Below, piece after piece: positions 9,194 to 19,296 of a stretch of DNA of 64,000 bases (positions are counted from its first letter, which is position 1; every line of letters starts with the position of its first letter). The stretch is taken from positions 77,248-141,247 of the IMG/VR virus record IMGVR_UViG_3300028388_004772; one strand, written 5' to 3'. The translations under genes were made by a program, and so were the position numbers. The DNA comes from a virus. The notes under the pieces were generated by a model, which had not been told where the DNA came from, searched no databases, and saw nothing but the letters and a program-made list of their open reading frames with translations.

Positions 9194-10339
9194 TTACCAC
9201 TTTGGTGAGTTTGTTACATTCTCAAACAGCATGTAGTCTTTACATTGTTCGGCAATGAACTTAACATCATCAATTAATCCTTCATTTAACGTAATTGGTT
9301 CAAAACCAAGAGACTTCAAACCTTCATTGACCACACTAAGGTCGTTGACAGGAGCTTCCTTACGAGGGTTGTCCATGTATTGAATTGCTGCTCCATACCT
9401 CGTTGCAATCATATCAGCCAACTCATTGACCTCTTGAACTTCAGAAACCTGGTTAAAGATTCTCACTCTTGAAGTATCTTCAGGTGGTGTCTGACAAGCT
9501 AACATTACACAGTTTGCTGTATCTTCAATATGGATAAACGCTCTCTTCTGGCCGCCTACACCATAAACTGTCAATGGATGATCTGCTGCAGCTTGAGAAA
9601 TAAATCTATTCAGTACTGTTCCGTAAAGACCATCGTAATCAAATCTGTTAACAAGTAATGGATCGAGACGCGTCTCTTCTGTCTGTGTTCCCCAGACAAT
9701 TCCTTGATGAAGATCCGTGATTTTCAATTTCCAGTTTTTGTTATAGAACTGAAAAAGAATCTGGTCGAGAGACTTCGTCATGTGATAGACACTACCAGGA
9801 TTTGTTGGATATAGAATGTCCACCTGTTCATTAGTCTGGTTGACAGTGATATCCAAATATCCTTCCGGAATATCCCCAAACTCCTTTGAATAACCATAGA
9901 CACCCATTGTTCCTAAATGGACAAGGTGAATATCTTGATCAACATCGACAATAGCATTTAATACATTATGTGTCGCCACCACATTATTATCAACTGTATA
10001 TCGTCTCTCTTTGTTTGAAATCATTGAGTAAGGAGCAGCTCGTTGTTCCGCAAAATGAACAATTGTATCTGGTCTATGCTTCTTTACATGACCAACAAAC
10101 TTCTCGTAGTCTGTAATGTCGACATTAATAAATTCAATATCAGCTTCGAGTATTTGATTTGCTGTCTCGACGCGAGTAGTGATAGGAGAGATATTTGTTA
10201 ACGAATTGCTTTTCGTTTCCACATCAATCTGTCGACGTGATAAGTTATCGAGAATGAATACCTTATGACCATTCTTGGCTAGCTTTAACGCGGTTGGCCA
10301 ACCACAGAATCCATCTCCTCCAAGTACAAATATTTTCAT
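9194..10339 (-). CDS. sqdB: UDP-sulfoquinovose synthase
   Basis: GGDGFCGWPTAL, HFAEQRAAPYSM, HLGTMGVYGY, PGSVYHMTK, DLHQGIVWG and RFDYDGxYGTVLNRF are the SqdB/SQD1 signatures. Confidence 0.93.
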   Translation of the reverse strand: MKIFVLGGDGFCGWPTALKLAKNGHKVFILDNLSRRQIDVETKSNSLTNISPITTRVETANQILEADIEFINVDITDYEKFVGHVKKHRPDTIVHFAEQRAAPYSMISNKERRYTVDNNVVATHNVLNAIVDVDQDIHLVHLGTMGVYGYSKEFGDIPEGYLDITVNQTNEQVDILYPTNPGSVYHMTKSLDQILFQFYNKNWKLKITDLHQGIVWGTQTEETRLDPLLVNRFDYDGLYGTVLNRFISQAAADHPLTVYGVGGQKRAFIHIEDTANCVMLACQTPPEDTSRVRIFNQVSEVQEVNELADMIATRYGAAIQYMDNPRKEAPVNDLSVVNEGLKSLGFEPITLNEGLIDDVKFIAEQCKDYMLFENVTNSPKW

Positions 10340-10352
10340 GCATTATTTCCTT

Positions 10353-11078
10353 TCATAAAAATGATCCGACCACAGACTTATCCGGATTTGCCCATCCAGA
10401 AAAACACCTATGGTCATTACCTCCACTGAGTACCTGCCACCAACCATACTCAGCAGCAATTAATTTCTTTTCTTCGTGCAGCTTATATACCCGATCAATA
10501 TCCAACAGTTCATTAGGATGAACAATCAATTGATCAAATAGAAAATGATCATGATAGTTATTATCTCGCTGCTCTCGTATCTTTGTGAATCCTGAATCAC
10601 TAATTGAAAGACAGGCAAACCCTATTGCTCTTTTGTTTTGATAACTATCCTCGACATATTGTTCAAACTTAGCATGTCGATATGTAAGTGTATCGTATCT
10701 ACACCTGACTATTATATCATACTTTTGTGGTAAAGTGCTAACTAATTTACAATGTGCAAGTATTTGTTTTGTTTGGTGAGAAGAAGTTTCCTTGAATTTT
10801 TGATTTGCCTTTGCATGACGTACAGCTTTAGCAAGTTTACCAGATTGCTCAGGAACCTCAATATCCAGAAACGGATGATAATCGATCTTAGGTTCATCAA
10901 AGAATTTCACATCAAAGTCTCGGAAGTACTTTTCAATGACAGTCTCATATCCTTTCCAGGCCCCATAATAAAAATCTGCATCAGGGAAGTTAATTTTGAG
11001 ATTATCATAATTTCTTCTTAGGTCTCTGTTGTTTACTCCTGATCTGGGAGCACCAGAGACACACACTGCTATATTCAT
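10353..11078 (-). CDS. Putative glycosyltransferase-like protein
   Basis: IAVCVSG..R...YDIIVRCRYD pattern seen in viral glycan clusters. Confidence 0.55.
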   Translation of the reverse strand: MNIAVCVSGAPRSGVNNRDLRRNYDNLKINFPDADFYYGAWKGYETVIEKYFRDFDVKFFDEPKIDYHPFLDIEVPEQSGKLAKAVRHAKANQKFKETSSHQTKQILAHCKLVSTLPQKYDIIVRCRYDTLTYRHAKFEQYVEDSYQNKRAIGFACLSISDSGFTKIREQRDNNYHDHFLFDQLIVHPNELLDIDRVYKLHEEKKLIAAEYGWWQVLSGGNDHRCFSGWANPDKSVVGSFL

Positions 11079-11848
11079 CGTAAATCTTTAAAGATCTTTG
11101 GTATCTGATATCTACTGTCGTTGACATAATGTGCAAAGTTACAAGGATAGTCCTCATTTCTTGTTGGGAATCTATTCCATTCAATTCCAAGCTCAAGGAC
11201 ATCAAAATTGTGTTTGCTCCACATTGCGTTCATGTATGGCTGATCCAAACAATGTGAACTGTGGCCACCAACATTAACCCACTTCTTATCCAACCATGCG
11301 TTTCTAAATTCGAACCACTCCTCATGGTCAACAAACAGTTCTCTTGCTTTTAGCCTAGCCTGCTTTGACCATACCATTACACCTGAGTTGATCATCCTCA
11401 AAGGAGCATTTGTACTCTTCGCTGGAATGATCGGGGCTCCAAAATGAGCAAACCTTTGTGTTAGTGGTCCTGATGGCTGCCAATTAATCTGAGCCGTGAT
11501 GTCCGGGTGCCTCCACTCAGGCCAACCAGCAACATCAATTACAGGCAAGTTGAACACGTTAACGTCCATGTTTTTCGGCATGACATCTACATCACAATAC
11601 AATACATTCTCATACTGATCGAAGATAGGATCTTTAAATATTCTTGTCACTTCAAAGTAATTGGAACGAGACTCAACAAATCTGTCTGTCATGAAGTGAT
11701 GGTCAGCATCATGTTTCTTAGCATATTCTTTGAAGTATGCAACTGAATATTCGGCCCACTCAGGCATTCCCTCTGTTGGGTAATGCCTGCTTTGTTTACC
11801 TATTCCATTGTAGTTTAGGTAATATTGGAAGATTGCATTCTTAGCCAT
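11075..11848 (-). CDS. GT-A glycosyltransferase (GT8/GT34-like)
   Basis: YCDVDV, INSGVMV, DQPYMN, WN...FAHY. Confidence 0.75.
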   Translation of the reverse strand: MAKNAIFQYYLNYNGIGKQSRHYPTEGMPEWAEYSVAYFKEYAKKHDADHHFMTDRFVESRSNYFEVTRIFKDPIFDQYENVLYCDVDVMPKNMDVNVFNLPVIDVAGWPEWRHPDITAQINWQPSGPLTQRFAHFGAPIIPAKSTNAPLRMINSGVMVWSKQARLKARELFVDHEEWFEFRNAWLDKKWVNVGGHSSHCLDQPYMNAMWSKHNFDVLELGIEWNRFPTRNEDYPCNFAHYVNDSRYQIPKIFKDLR

Positions 11849-12485
11849 TCTTTTTTAACTCTATAATAAAACTATCTGGTTCTCCGGTCTTCGATCTAAA
11901 GTCGTGTTCCGCCATTTCCAGATTGTATTCTTTCTTGAGATTATTCAACGAGTTGATAAACATATCTTGTTGAAATTGATTATACCTTTCAGGATATTTT
12001 TGAATCCAAGCATGCTTCATCTCACCCATTGTCATTTTATCTATCGGCCAAACATCTTCGATGACATATGTGCCTCCATCAGCAAGAAACGGAATAAAGT
12101 TCTCTAGTGTTTTCTTGTTTGCTTCCGGAAAATGAGCACCATCGTCGATAATAATATCAAACTTTATATCACCAAATGATTTCATTGCCGCGGCAACTGA
12201 TTGACTATCCATAGAATCACATTGAGCAAATGCCACAGGATCATTAGCAGCAAATTTACCGCGACACTGTTCAATAGGGACACGTTGAAATAAATCAACC
12301 CCGTACAAAGATGCCTCTGGAATGCCCTCTAGGAATGCTTTGGTCGAATCTGCCTTGAACACACCAATCTCAAGAATATTGATTTGTTGACCACCATACA
12401 CATCGATCAATGGTTGATAGAATATATCATAGCGATGCTTTTTACTTTTATCGCAGCCGTACTTATTAAATAATTCTTTAATCAT
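11841..12485 (-). CDS. SAM-dependent methyltransferase (MT24/MycE-like)
   Basis: DK...H.Y...ILEIGV, FDIIIDDGAH, GGTYVIEDV. Confidence 0.8.
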   Translation of the reverse strand: MIKELFNKYGCDKSKKHRYDIFYQPLIDVYGGQQINILEIGVFKADSTKAFLEGIPEASLYGVDLFQRVPIEQCRGKFAANDPVAFAQCDSMDSQSVAAAMKSFGDIKFDIIIDDGAHFPEANKKTLENFIPFLADGGTYVIEDVWPIDKMTMGEMKHAWIQKYPERYNQFQQDMFINSLNNLKKEYNLEMAEHDFRSKTGEPDSFIIELKKNG

Positions 12486-12488
12486 ATT

Positions 12489-13325
12489 TCATTTCCTATC
12501 TGTGTGCATTAACATGAACACGTTATCCATCAAGTCTTGGTCAATTAATTTTTTAATCCACATTGGCTTATATTTAGCAAACGCTTTCTTAAAGAAAACA
12601 GGATCAATTCTCGTCTGAGATTCTAAAAAGCTTCCTCTGTCCCCTTGAGGAGCAAGAGTGCTGTCGACATTAATAATTTCGATTCTACAGTCGTCCTGAG
12701 TAATTAGGTAGTAGAAAAATAAAATGAAATCAAATGACTCATATGTTAATTTAGATCTGACATTCGGATTGTCATAATCAATGTATTCTAAAAAAGCATA
12801 GAACCTTTCGCGATCATATACAGGAACATCATTAAACCAAATATAGCTATGAAAGTTATCTGTTGTCTGTTTAATCTTCTCATAATCTTCTTCAATGAAG
12901 AAGTCTCTGGCAGTCCGGTTACCAATCATGTCATTGATTCCTCGGTTAACTACCTTGCTCGCTGTATAGACCTTTTCATTGATTTGTTGTTTAAACAGAG
13001 CATCATAGTCTTTATTCATAATAAATTTAGAGTCAACATCGATAACAGCGACATAGTCAAAGTCGGTGTTATTAAATACCCATCGAGCTCCAAACAACTT
13101 CTTCTGGGTAATTGGTTTTGAACCAAGAAGCTTTTCTGTACAGACAATAGACTGATATCTTAGGTGTTCTGTCTTAGATTCGAACAGATCCTTCTCATCT
13201 TTATTAGTGAATACGATAAACAGATCACTATCATCAAAGTGATTATTATATGATTGTATAAATTCAATTCCACGATCCATGTGCTTTCCAACATGAATCG
13301 GTGCTACAAAACAAGAGTTTTTCAT
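12489..13325 (-). CDS. Putative glycosyltransferase
   Basis: QKK...VIDVDS (DxD); position within the glycan cluster. Confidence 0.5.
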   Translation of the reverse strand: MKNSCFVAPIHVGKHMDRGIEFIQSYNNHFDDSDLFIVFTNKDEKDLFESKTEHLRYQSIVCTEKLLGSKPITQKKLFGARWVFNNTDFDYVAVIDVDSKFIMNKDYDALFKQQINEKVYTASKVVNRGINDMIGNRTARDFFIEEDYEKIKQTTDNFHSYIWFNDVPVYDRERFYAFLEYIDYDNPNVRSKLTYESFDFILFFYYLITQDDCRIEIINVDSTLAPQGDRGSFLESQTRIDPVFFKKAFAKYKPMWIKKLIDQDLMDNVFMLMHTDRK

Positions 13326-14668
13326 GTGTTATGTTTCAAATAAGTTTCTAAATCTTCTGGTGTTCCTAGACCCCACATACCTGACGCTGTGTATGTTCGA
13401 ATCTCTTTGTCATCTTCAATTGCCTGATTGAACACTGGACAAACATAGAATTCGTTATTGACTCGAATATCTTTTTCGATCATCTGTTCAGCATACTTGA
13501 CAAAGTCAGAACCGTTTTTCCAATAGTAGTATCCTACCGTAGCATTATCCGATATTGGTTTCTTTTCGGCAACCTCTGTTACGCAACCTTTTTCATTTAT
13601 TTTTGCAAATGACCATTTAGGATGAGTTGCCTTGAAAGTAACAATACCACCATCAGCACTCTTTTCTTGCATATTGTACATAAACTCGATTGGATCCCAT
13701 TCAACATACTGATCAGAGTTTGCAAAAAATAATGGTTGGTCATTATCAATAAACTCTTTTGCAAGTAACGCTGTACATGCAGCCCCTTCAGTAATTCCAT
13801 CAGTTTCCACTACTTTACAATCAGGGGCTATCAAGTTCAGCATTGTATCAAGCTGATATTTTTCTCTATGTTCTTTTTGTACAACAAAGATATAATTAGC
13901 ATCCAAGCCAAGGTTGTCGACCACAACCTGAATCATTGGTTTGCCGTTTACATCAATTAGAGGTTTAGGGAATGTGTATCCAGCCTGAGCAAATCTACTT
14001 CCAGCTCCTGCCATCGGAATCAAAACATTTAATTTATCATCAGACCATTTCTTTTGCATTGGTTCACCTTTCAAATGTGGAAATACTTTATCACAATTCA
14101 CTTCATATGGATTTGCTACTCTGATATACTTAGCTCTTGATCTAGAGGCAGCTAATAGTCCTGGAGGAGAGTCCTCTATAATCAACGTTTCTTCAGGTAG
14201 GACACCCATCATCGACATTGCTTTCCAATAGATCTCAGGGTGTGGTTTTGAATTCTTGACGTCATCATTTGATAAAATAATAGAACAATGTTCAATCAAA
14301 TCAGTCTTGGCCAAAGCCGTCAGAGCAGTACGACGAATAGAATTAGTACAAACCCCAATCTTATAATCGTGAAGCTCGAGCTCTTCAAATAAGATCTTGA
14401 TATCTCGGATTGGCTTAAGTTCACTAAGCTTATCGATTGTCAGCGCTTGTTTCTTTTCAAAAATTGTTTGATGAAGATCGAGTGGAAGACCTTTTGTATC
14501 AGAAAGCATATCAAGCTTCTCACGAGTCTTCCTGCCATCATAAATATTATGATGCTCATCATCTGTAATTGCGTACTGAGGTCCAAGAGCCTCATTAAGG
14601 GCCTCGTAATGAATTTGTTTGGCATCGATCAGTACACCATCTAAGTCAAACAATACTAACTTGATCAC
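13322..14668 (-). CDS. HAD phosphatase fused to a nucleotidyltransferase (NDP-sugar synthesis)
   Basis: N-terminal FDLDGVL...KPHP...EDS; C-terminal IPMAGAGSRF...PKPLI...GLGTPEDL. Confidence 0.9.
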   Translation of the reverse strand: MIKLVLFDLDGVLIDAKQIHYEALNEALGPQYAITDDEHHNIYDGRKTREKLDMLSDTKGLPLDLHQTIFEKKQALTIDKLSELKPIRDIKILFEELELHDYKIGVCTNSIRRTALTALAKTDLIEHCSIILSNDDVKNSKPHPEIYWKAMSMMGVLPEETLIIEDSPPGLLAASRSRAKYIRVANPYEVNCDKVFPHLKGEPMQKKWSDDKLNVLIPMAGAGSRFAQAGYTFPKPLIDVNGKPMIQVVVDNLGLDANYIFVVQKEHREKYQLDTMLNLIAPDCKVVETDGITEGAACTALLAKEFIDNDQPLFFANSDQYVEWDPIEFMYNMQEKSADGGIVTFKATHPKWSFAKINEKGCVTEVAEKKPISDNATVGYYYWKNGSDFVKYAEQMIEKDIRVNNEFYVCPVFNQAIEDDKEIRTYTASGMWGLGTPEDLETYLKHNT

Positions 14669-15444
14669 ATCACGTCCTTCATCAGCTGATCAACGTTTTC
14701 TCCAGCATTGGGAAGCTTGTCCTTTAAGAAGAAGTGTACAAAATATGCTGAGGCTGGATCTTTGACTGCTGTGTATAAAGCATTCCATTTCCAGTTCAAA
14801 TGTTGTTGTTTCATCTTCTCTTTACGTACCCAATAATTCAAAAGTGTTTGGTCTGTTGACCACTTCCAAGGTCCCTGTCCATCCACAAAGTCTTTGAACT
14901 CAGGTCTTGTGATAAAGTCCTTTGCCGGCTGGTTGATATACTTATAGATCGATTTATTCATCACCATCAGACCCATGTTATAGAATTCAAATCCGTGCTT
15001 ACCAGGATTGAAGTCAACTTTACCGTGAAGGGATTGGTATTGCATTCTTGAATAGTTATCAATCTTTTGAGCATACCAAGGTTGGATTGGCATGTCACGC
15101 TCAATGACGCCAGCAAAGTCTACACTGGGATCAACGCTATCAAAAATATTAGGAGAACCAGGTCGAATCCAAATATCAGCGTCCACAATAGCAATTTGGT
15201 CGTATCGGTCAAAGTAATCGAACGCATTTTCTTTTTCGTAGATTGGTAGGAACCCACCATGCTTTTCGTAGGACTCTTTAGATCGGTTGGTGGCAAATAC
15301 ATCTGGTTTGATCTTTAAGATCGGAGTACGTTGAACGATATGGTCGATCCCATGACGCTCGCAGTACTCCGATACAGAATTAACACAACGGTCATATAAT
15401 TTAGAAGGCTTACCAACGTAAACCTGGTATATCATTTGTTTCAT
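14665..15444 (-). CDS. GT-A glycosyltransferase (GT8-like)
   Basis: IVDADI, YNMGLMV, TDQTLLN, KWN, FVHF. Confidence 0.75.
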   Translation of the reverse strand: MKQMIYQVYVGKPSKLYDRCVNSVSEYCERHGIDHIVQRTPILKIKPDVFATNRSKESYEKHGGFLPIYEKENAFDYFDRYDQIAIVDADIWIRPGSPNIFDSVDPSVDFAGVIERDMPIQPWYAQKIDNYSRMQYQSLHGKVDFNPGKHGFEFYNMGLMVMNKSIYKYINQPAKDFITRPEFKDFVDGQGPWKWSTDQTLLNYWVRKEKMKQQHLNWKWNALYTAVKDPASAYFVHFFLKDKLPNAGENVDQLMKDVM

Positions 15445-15619
15445 AATTACCTAATTATCTATTTTTCCATTCAACGCATGTGTATGTATAGTTGCCGTCA
15501 AGCTCGCTTATCATAGCCTTACCAACTGATCTACACTGAGACCAATTAGTAAAGTGTCCTTGATCGTAAGCTACGACCTCACCTTTCGCGGTCAATAGCA
15601 TTACGAGAAGTACCCACAT

Positions 15620-15952
15620 TTATTTTTTCTTAGCTAACGCATCCGCTCCAAAGAATGCAGATACTAAAACTGCAATTGAAGCAAAGTAAGTTGGTGCAAT
15701 ATCAGCGATTAGCTGAGCTGCTGTATCTAAACCAAATGCGGAAGTCATAAAGATTCCGATTGGGTAAAGTAAAAGTCCAAATAGTGCGAACCATGCCATT
15801 TTGCGAATAGCATCCCGCTGTGCATCTTGGTCTTCCATTTCTTTACGCTTGAACTCAAGATACATCTCGTGTTCTTCATCAGTAACAATTCCATCACCAT
15901 TACTATCGGCTGGATGAAAACCAGCCTTTTCAATTTCTTCTGCCATATCCAT
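15620..15952 (-). CDS. Membrane protein with an EF-hand-like loop and two TM helices (holin-like?)
   Basis: DSNGDGIVTDEE; two hydrophobic segments; basic C-terminus; late promoter upstream. Confidence 0.6.
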   Translation of the reverse strand: MDMAEEIEKAGFHPADSNGDGIVTDEEHEMYLEFKRKEMEDQDAQRDAIRKMAWFALFGLLLYPIGIFMTSAFGLDTAAQLIADIAPTYFASIAVLVSAFFGADALAKKK

Positions 15953-15974
15953 CTCCTCTCATAGTGGATATAGT

Positions 15975-15982
15975 TATTTATA
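15975..15982 (-). promoter_or_regulatory. T4-type late promoter TATAAATA
   Basis: Exact consensus in the intergenic gap at the head of the glycan cluster. Confidence 0.75.
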
Positions 15983-15983
15983 C

Positions 15984-17018
15984 TTATTCGTTAAACGTAT
16001 ATGTGAATACTCTGTTTCCAGTAGTAGCCCCAGCAACCGTACTATTATGAAAATCAAAGGTGTTCACACCAGTTGTTCCAAATGGTGGATCGTATTCCAG
16101 ATTCGGACTTGTTATGTTGTCCCCTCCGCCACCACCACTTGGTGTAACAGTTCCATTTATTACTGTGACGATAGGGTCTGCTGTATACGAGTGATATAGC
16201 CAAAGGAAATCAAGATACGCAACAGATGTATTCGAGAATGTGTATCTTTGATCACCACTACTATTATAGGTTGTGGTACCAGGCATTTGTATCGAGCAGA
16301 CAGTAGTTCCTGATGAATTTTTCATTAATATTGATCTAAAAGTAATGCTTGATGGAAAGCTTGATTCGAGACCAGACAGGTCACTGTTTGGATTATCGGG
16401 CTCAAAACTTATTCTTACCTGAGATGCATATTGACCAAGTGCTAGGGTTGTTACTCTAAATATATTAGTAACTGATGTGTGGTATACATCATCTCCTAAG
16501 GTAAATGTTTGTGTTGATGATGATGTTGTAGCTATTCCATCACTTGCTTGAAGTGCAAATGTTCGCGATTGTGCTGAAACACTTGCTGTTCTTGTAAATG
16601 AAAACGTGTCGCCCGATTGACCCGTCAATGTGAAGAGATCAGAAGAACCAGTTCCCAATATATAATCATATGATTGAATTCGAAGGCCATCAGGATCTGT
16701 AGCATTTACCACTGCCCTTAATGTATTAGCCGAACCAACCATTGGATGTGTAAATTCTGTACCATCAGGAAATGTTACCGAAGAAATTGTTGGTGCAGTA
16801 TTTGATGAGCTCAATCTAGCCCAACCATTACCAACTGAGACATACGGATTAGTAGTTGATGTAGTGTATGCAATTGTTCCAGCCGGCGATACAGGCAATA
16901 AACCTACACTATCGTACACATCAGTCGTTAGTGTTGCATCTGGTATGTTTTCAGCACCAAGAACTCCAGTACTATCTGCACCACCGAGGCCTCTTGCTAA
17001 ATCTCTATTACGAGTCAT
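15984..17018 (-). CDS. Virion fibre/decoration protein with an Ig/cadherin-like domain
   Basis: Ser/Thr/Gly-rich; NTAPTIS...ATDPDG motif; N-terminus paralogous to the next gene. Confidence 0.6.
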   Translation of the reverse strand: MTRNRDLARGLGGADSTGVLGAENIPDATLTTDVYDSVGLLPVSPAGTIAYTTSTTNPYVSVGNGWARLSSSNTAPTISSVTFPDGTEFTHPMVGSANTLRAVVNATDPDGLRIQSYDYILGTGSSDLFTLTGQSGDTFSFTRTASVSAQSRTFALQASDGIATTSSSTQTFTLGDDVYHTSVTNIFRVTTLALGQYASQVRISFEPDNPNSDLSGLESSFPSSITFRSILMKNSSGTTVCSIQMPGTTTYNSSGDQRYTFSNTSVAYLDFLWLYHSYTADPIVTVINGTVTPSGGGGGDNITSPNLEYDPPFGTTGVNTFDFHNSTVAGATTGNRVFTYTFNE

Positions 17019-18382
17019 TAACGCTCTCTTAAAGTTGGTGTAAACGATGTTGTATCTGACCAGTTGTCACCATACAATGGCTCTGTATATCTCACAGCAA
17101 TTCCAGCAAATTTCATTGGTTCAAAAGGCGCAGCACCTGCATATGCATTATCCCCTCCGAATGTAAATCTTCTTGCATCCGCATTAAAGGTTCCCCTATT
17201 CAAGACAGCGGTATCTTCTTCATGAGTTCCGGATGCACCAATTTGTCCGAGAGAGGTAGTCATAAGTGTTCCATTGATAAAGTAATTAAATTCAATGCTA
17301 TCAGCAGCACCATACATGTTAATTAAACAATGGTTCCAGGAATCATAATTAGGATGATTCATATCCGGACCTCTATCGGCTCCACCACCACTACCATTAC
17401 CATTGTATGAATAGCCATCACCATCACGTAAGAAAAACAGAGCGTCCGTCAGCCCGTCTCCATTACCAAACCACTTAGTTCTGATATTTTCCTGGCCATC
17501 GAATTTAAACCAAAACTCTAGAGACATTTGTTCATCATAATCATTACCAGACTGCATTCGTGCGGAGTCTGTCAAATATGCTGATCCGGATAATCTACCA
17601 CCGATTGCAAATGCATTGTCTGTATTACCAGTATGCAGAACAGTTGTACCTGGGTAAGATGTGCCTCCACCAGTCAACTGAACAGTCTCTTTGGATACTG
17701 TATATGAACCAGCGTCATGAAGCCAAATATCCAAAGTATTAGACTCATCCGTAAATCCATTACTAATAGTAGCAGATTTAGTTCCAGCGGTTAACGCTGG
17801 CCCGTTCAATGCATACACATTGCGCATTGCAATCGGTCTTTGCTTTGACATTCTAATGGAGGGGGATCCAAATGTTGCAATATTGACACCATCTGAGACT
17901 CTGATAGTTAAATCCGTAACATTTACTTCAGCGGAATCATCCAATGTGACAGAAATACGGTTTCCGTCAATAGTATTTGATGTATATGAGTCAAATACCG
18001 AATTGGCTACAAGAGAATATGTCAAAGGTGTGCTATCAGCATCAGTAGCATTAACAGTAATAATTGATGGGGATATGGCCGAGTCGAAAAAATAAATACT
18101 ATCCTCAATATTCCAGCCATCTCCAAACGTCAATCCACTAATCGTAGGAGTACTATTTACAGTACTCACCTTGAACCAACCCGAACCGTTTGTCATGTAA
18201 AGAGTATTGTTTGCTTCTGAGTATGCAATCTGGCCAGTTGTCAACCCTGTAAGAGGAAATGCACCCGCACTATCATATGATACTGGTGTACCAACTCCAG
18301 CATCTGGTGAAATAGCATTGGAGGTAAATTGACCATCAGGTGTGACTGATTTAGCTAGTTTGGATATCCGTCTGTTAGACAT
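17018..18382 (-). CDS. Virion fibre protein with Ig-like and LamG/concanavalin-like domains
   Basis: NSTPTIS...ATDAD; SLEFWFK...WNH...YFING lectin pattern. Confidence 0.65.
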   Translation of the reverse strand: MSNRRISKLAKSVTPDGQFTSNAISPDAGVGTPVSYDSAGAFPLTGLTTGQIAYSEANNTLYMTNGSGWFKVSTVNSTPTISGLTFGDGWNIEDSIYFFDSAISPSIITVNATDADSTPLTYSLVANSVFDSYTSNTIDGNRISVTLDDSAEVNVTDLTIRVSDGVNIATFGSPSIRMSKQRPIAMRNVYALNGPALTAGTKSATISNGFTDESNTLDIWLHDAGSYTVSKETVQLTGGGTSYPGTTVLHTGNTDNAFAIGGRLSGSAYLTDSARMQSGNDYDEQMSLEFWFKFDGQENIRTKWFGNGDGLTDALFFLRDGDGYSYNGNGSGGGADRGPDMNHPNYDSWNHCLINMYGAADSIEFNYFINGTLMTTSLGQIGASGTHEEDTAVLNRGTFNADARRFTFGGDNAYAGAAPFEPMKFAGIAVRYTEPLYGDNWSDTTSFTPTLRER

Positions 18383-18409
18383 AGCAACTCTCTAGTGAAG
18401 TGATATTAT

Positions 18410-18910
18410 CTATTTATACACTTCTTCAAGTCTTGCGAATAAATATTCTTCCAAGTCATCTTCATTTGCTTGATAGCGAATACCAATACCACCTGCATCA
18501 TTCCAACGCTTGATGTTATCTGGCTTATCGTCAATCAGAATGTTCGGAAGACCCGTAATACTTGAAGTTGCATACTTGTGTTTGTTGCCAGTAAAAATGC
18601 ATTTTGAAACAGCAGGCATGTATCCATTCTTTTCTAACCAGCAACGCTTGTGGTAAGTTGAGTTTGCAAAATCATTACGGATCGGTGATGAACAAATACC
18701 CCAGTCTCCGTTAGACAACTCTCGTACAAAATTGATCAATTGATCAGACGTTTCAAACTTGTCAAGATTCTGAAAGAAGTCTGTATTGCGAAGATCAAAG
18801 ATTCGCTCATCAACATCAAAAATATCTTTCCAATGAAACACCTTGAACTTTCGCTCAAGACCACCAAAGAAGTCAGCAATGACTCCATCCATATCAACAT
18901 ATATTGTCAT
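18410..18910 (-). CDS. 5'(3')-deoxyribonucleotidase (HAD, NT5C-like)
   Basis: IYVDMDGVIADF, K..W, ILIDDKPDNI..W. Confidence 0.85.
   Translation of the reverse strand: MTIYVDMDGVIADFFGGLERKFKVFHWKDIFDVDERIFDLRNTDFFQNLDKFETSDQLINFVRELSNGDWGICSSPIRNDFANSTYHKRCWLEKNGYMPAVSKCIFTGNKHKYATSSITGLPNILIDDKPDNIKRWNDAGGIGIRYQANEDDLEEYLFARLEEVYK
18411..18418 (-). promoter_or_regulatory. T4-type late promoter TATAAATA
   Basis: Exact consensus ~30 nt upstream of the fibre gene. Confidence 0.75.
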
Positions 18911-19296
18911 TATTCCTCTCTTATCCATACTGAGTCGGTAGCAAGTCTAAAACTACCGAGAAATTCAAAATTGTAACCTGATCCCCATTCATCGGGACCT
19001 ATCATACTAACCCAGTTTTCTCCATCATGATTTTTGTACAGATGGTAGACTTCTCCAACCTTTGGGTTGAACCGTATCGCTGCATTGTAGATCAGATCAT
19101 TGTCTGCTGCTGTTTCTACAAGCTTCTTAAATTCTGCCTCGAGCTCTTCGTATCGAGTCTTGAGTTTATTTTGTGCTTCCTTGACCTTGACTTCGCGATA
19201 GTCTTTAGTATCAGGAAGTGTGATCGCTGGAGCAGCAACATTATCGCCATAAGGCATTGTCATTTTATTGTCTGCTACTCGATCTGGCTTTCTCAA
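18910..19296 (-). CDS. DUF2452-like hypothetical protein
   Basis: F.PKVGEVYHLY...SMIGPDEW...FLGSFRL. Confidence 0.55.
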   Translation of the reverse strand: MRKPDRVADNKMTMPYGDNVAAPAITLPDTKDYREVKVKEAQNKLKTRYEELEAEFKKLVETAADNDLIYNAAIRFNPKVGEVYHLYKNHDGENWVSMIGPDEWGSGYNFEFLGSFRLATDSVWIREE

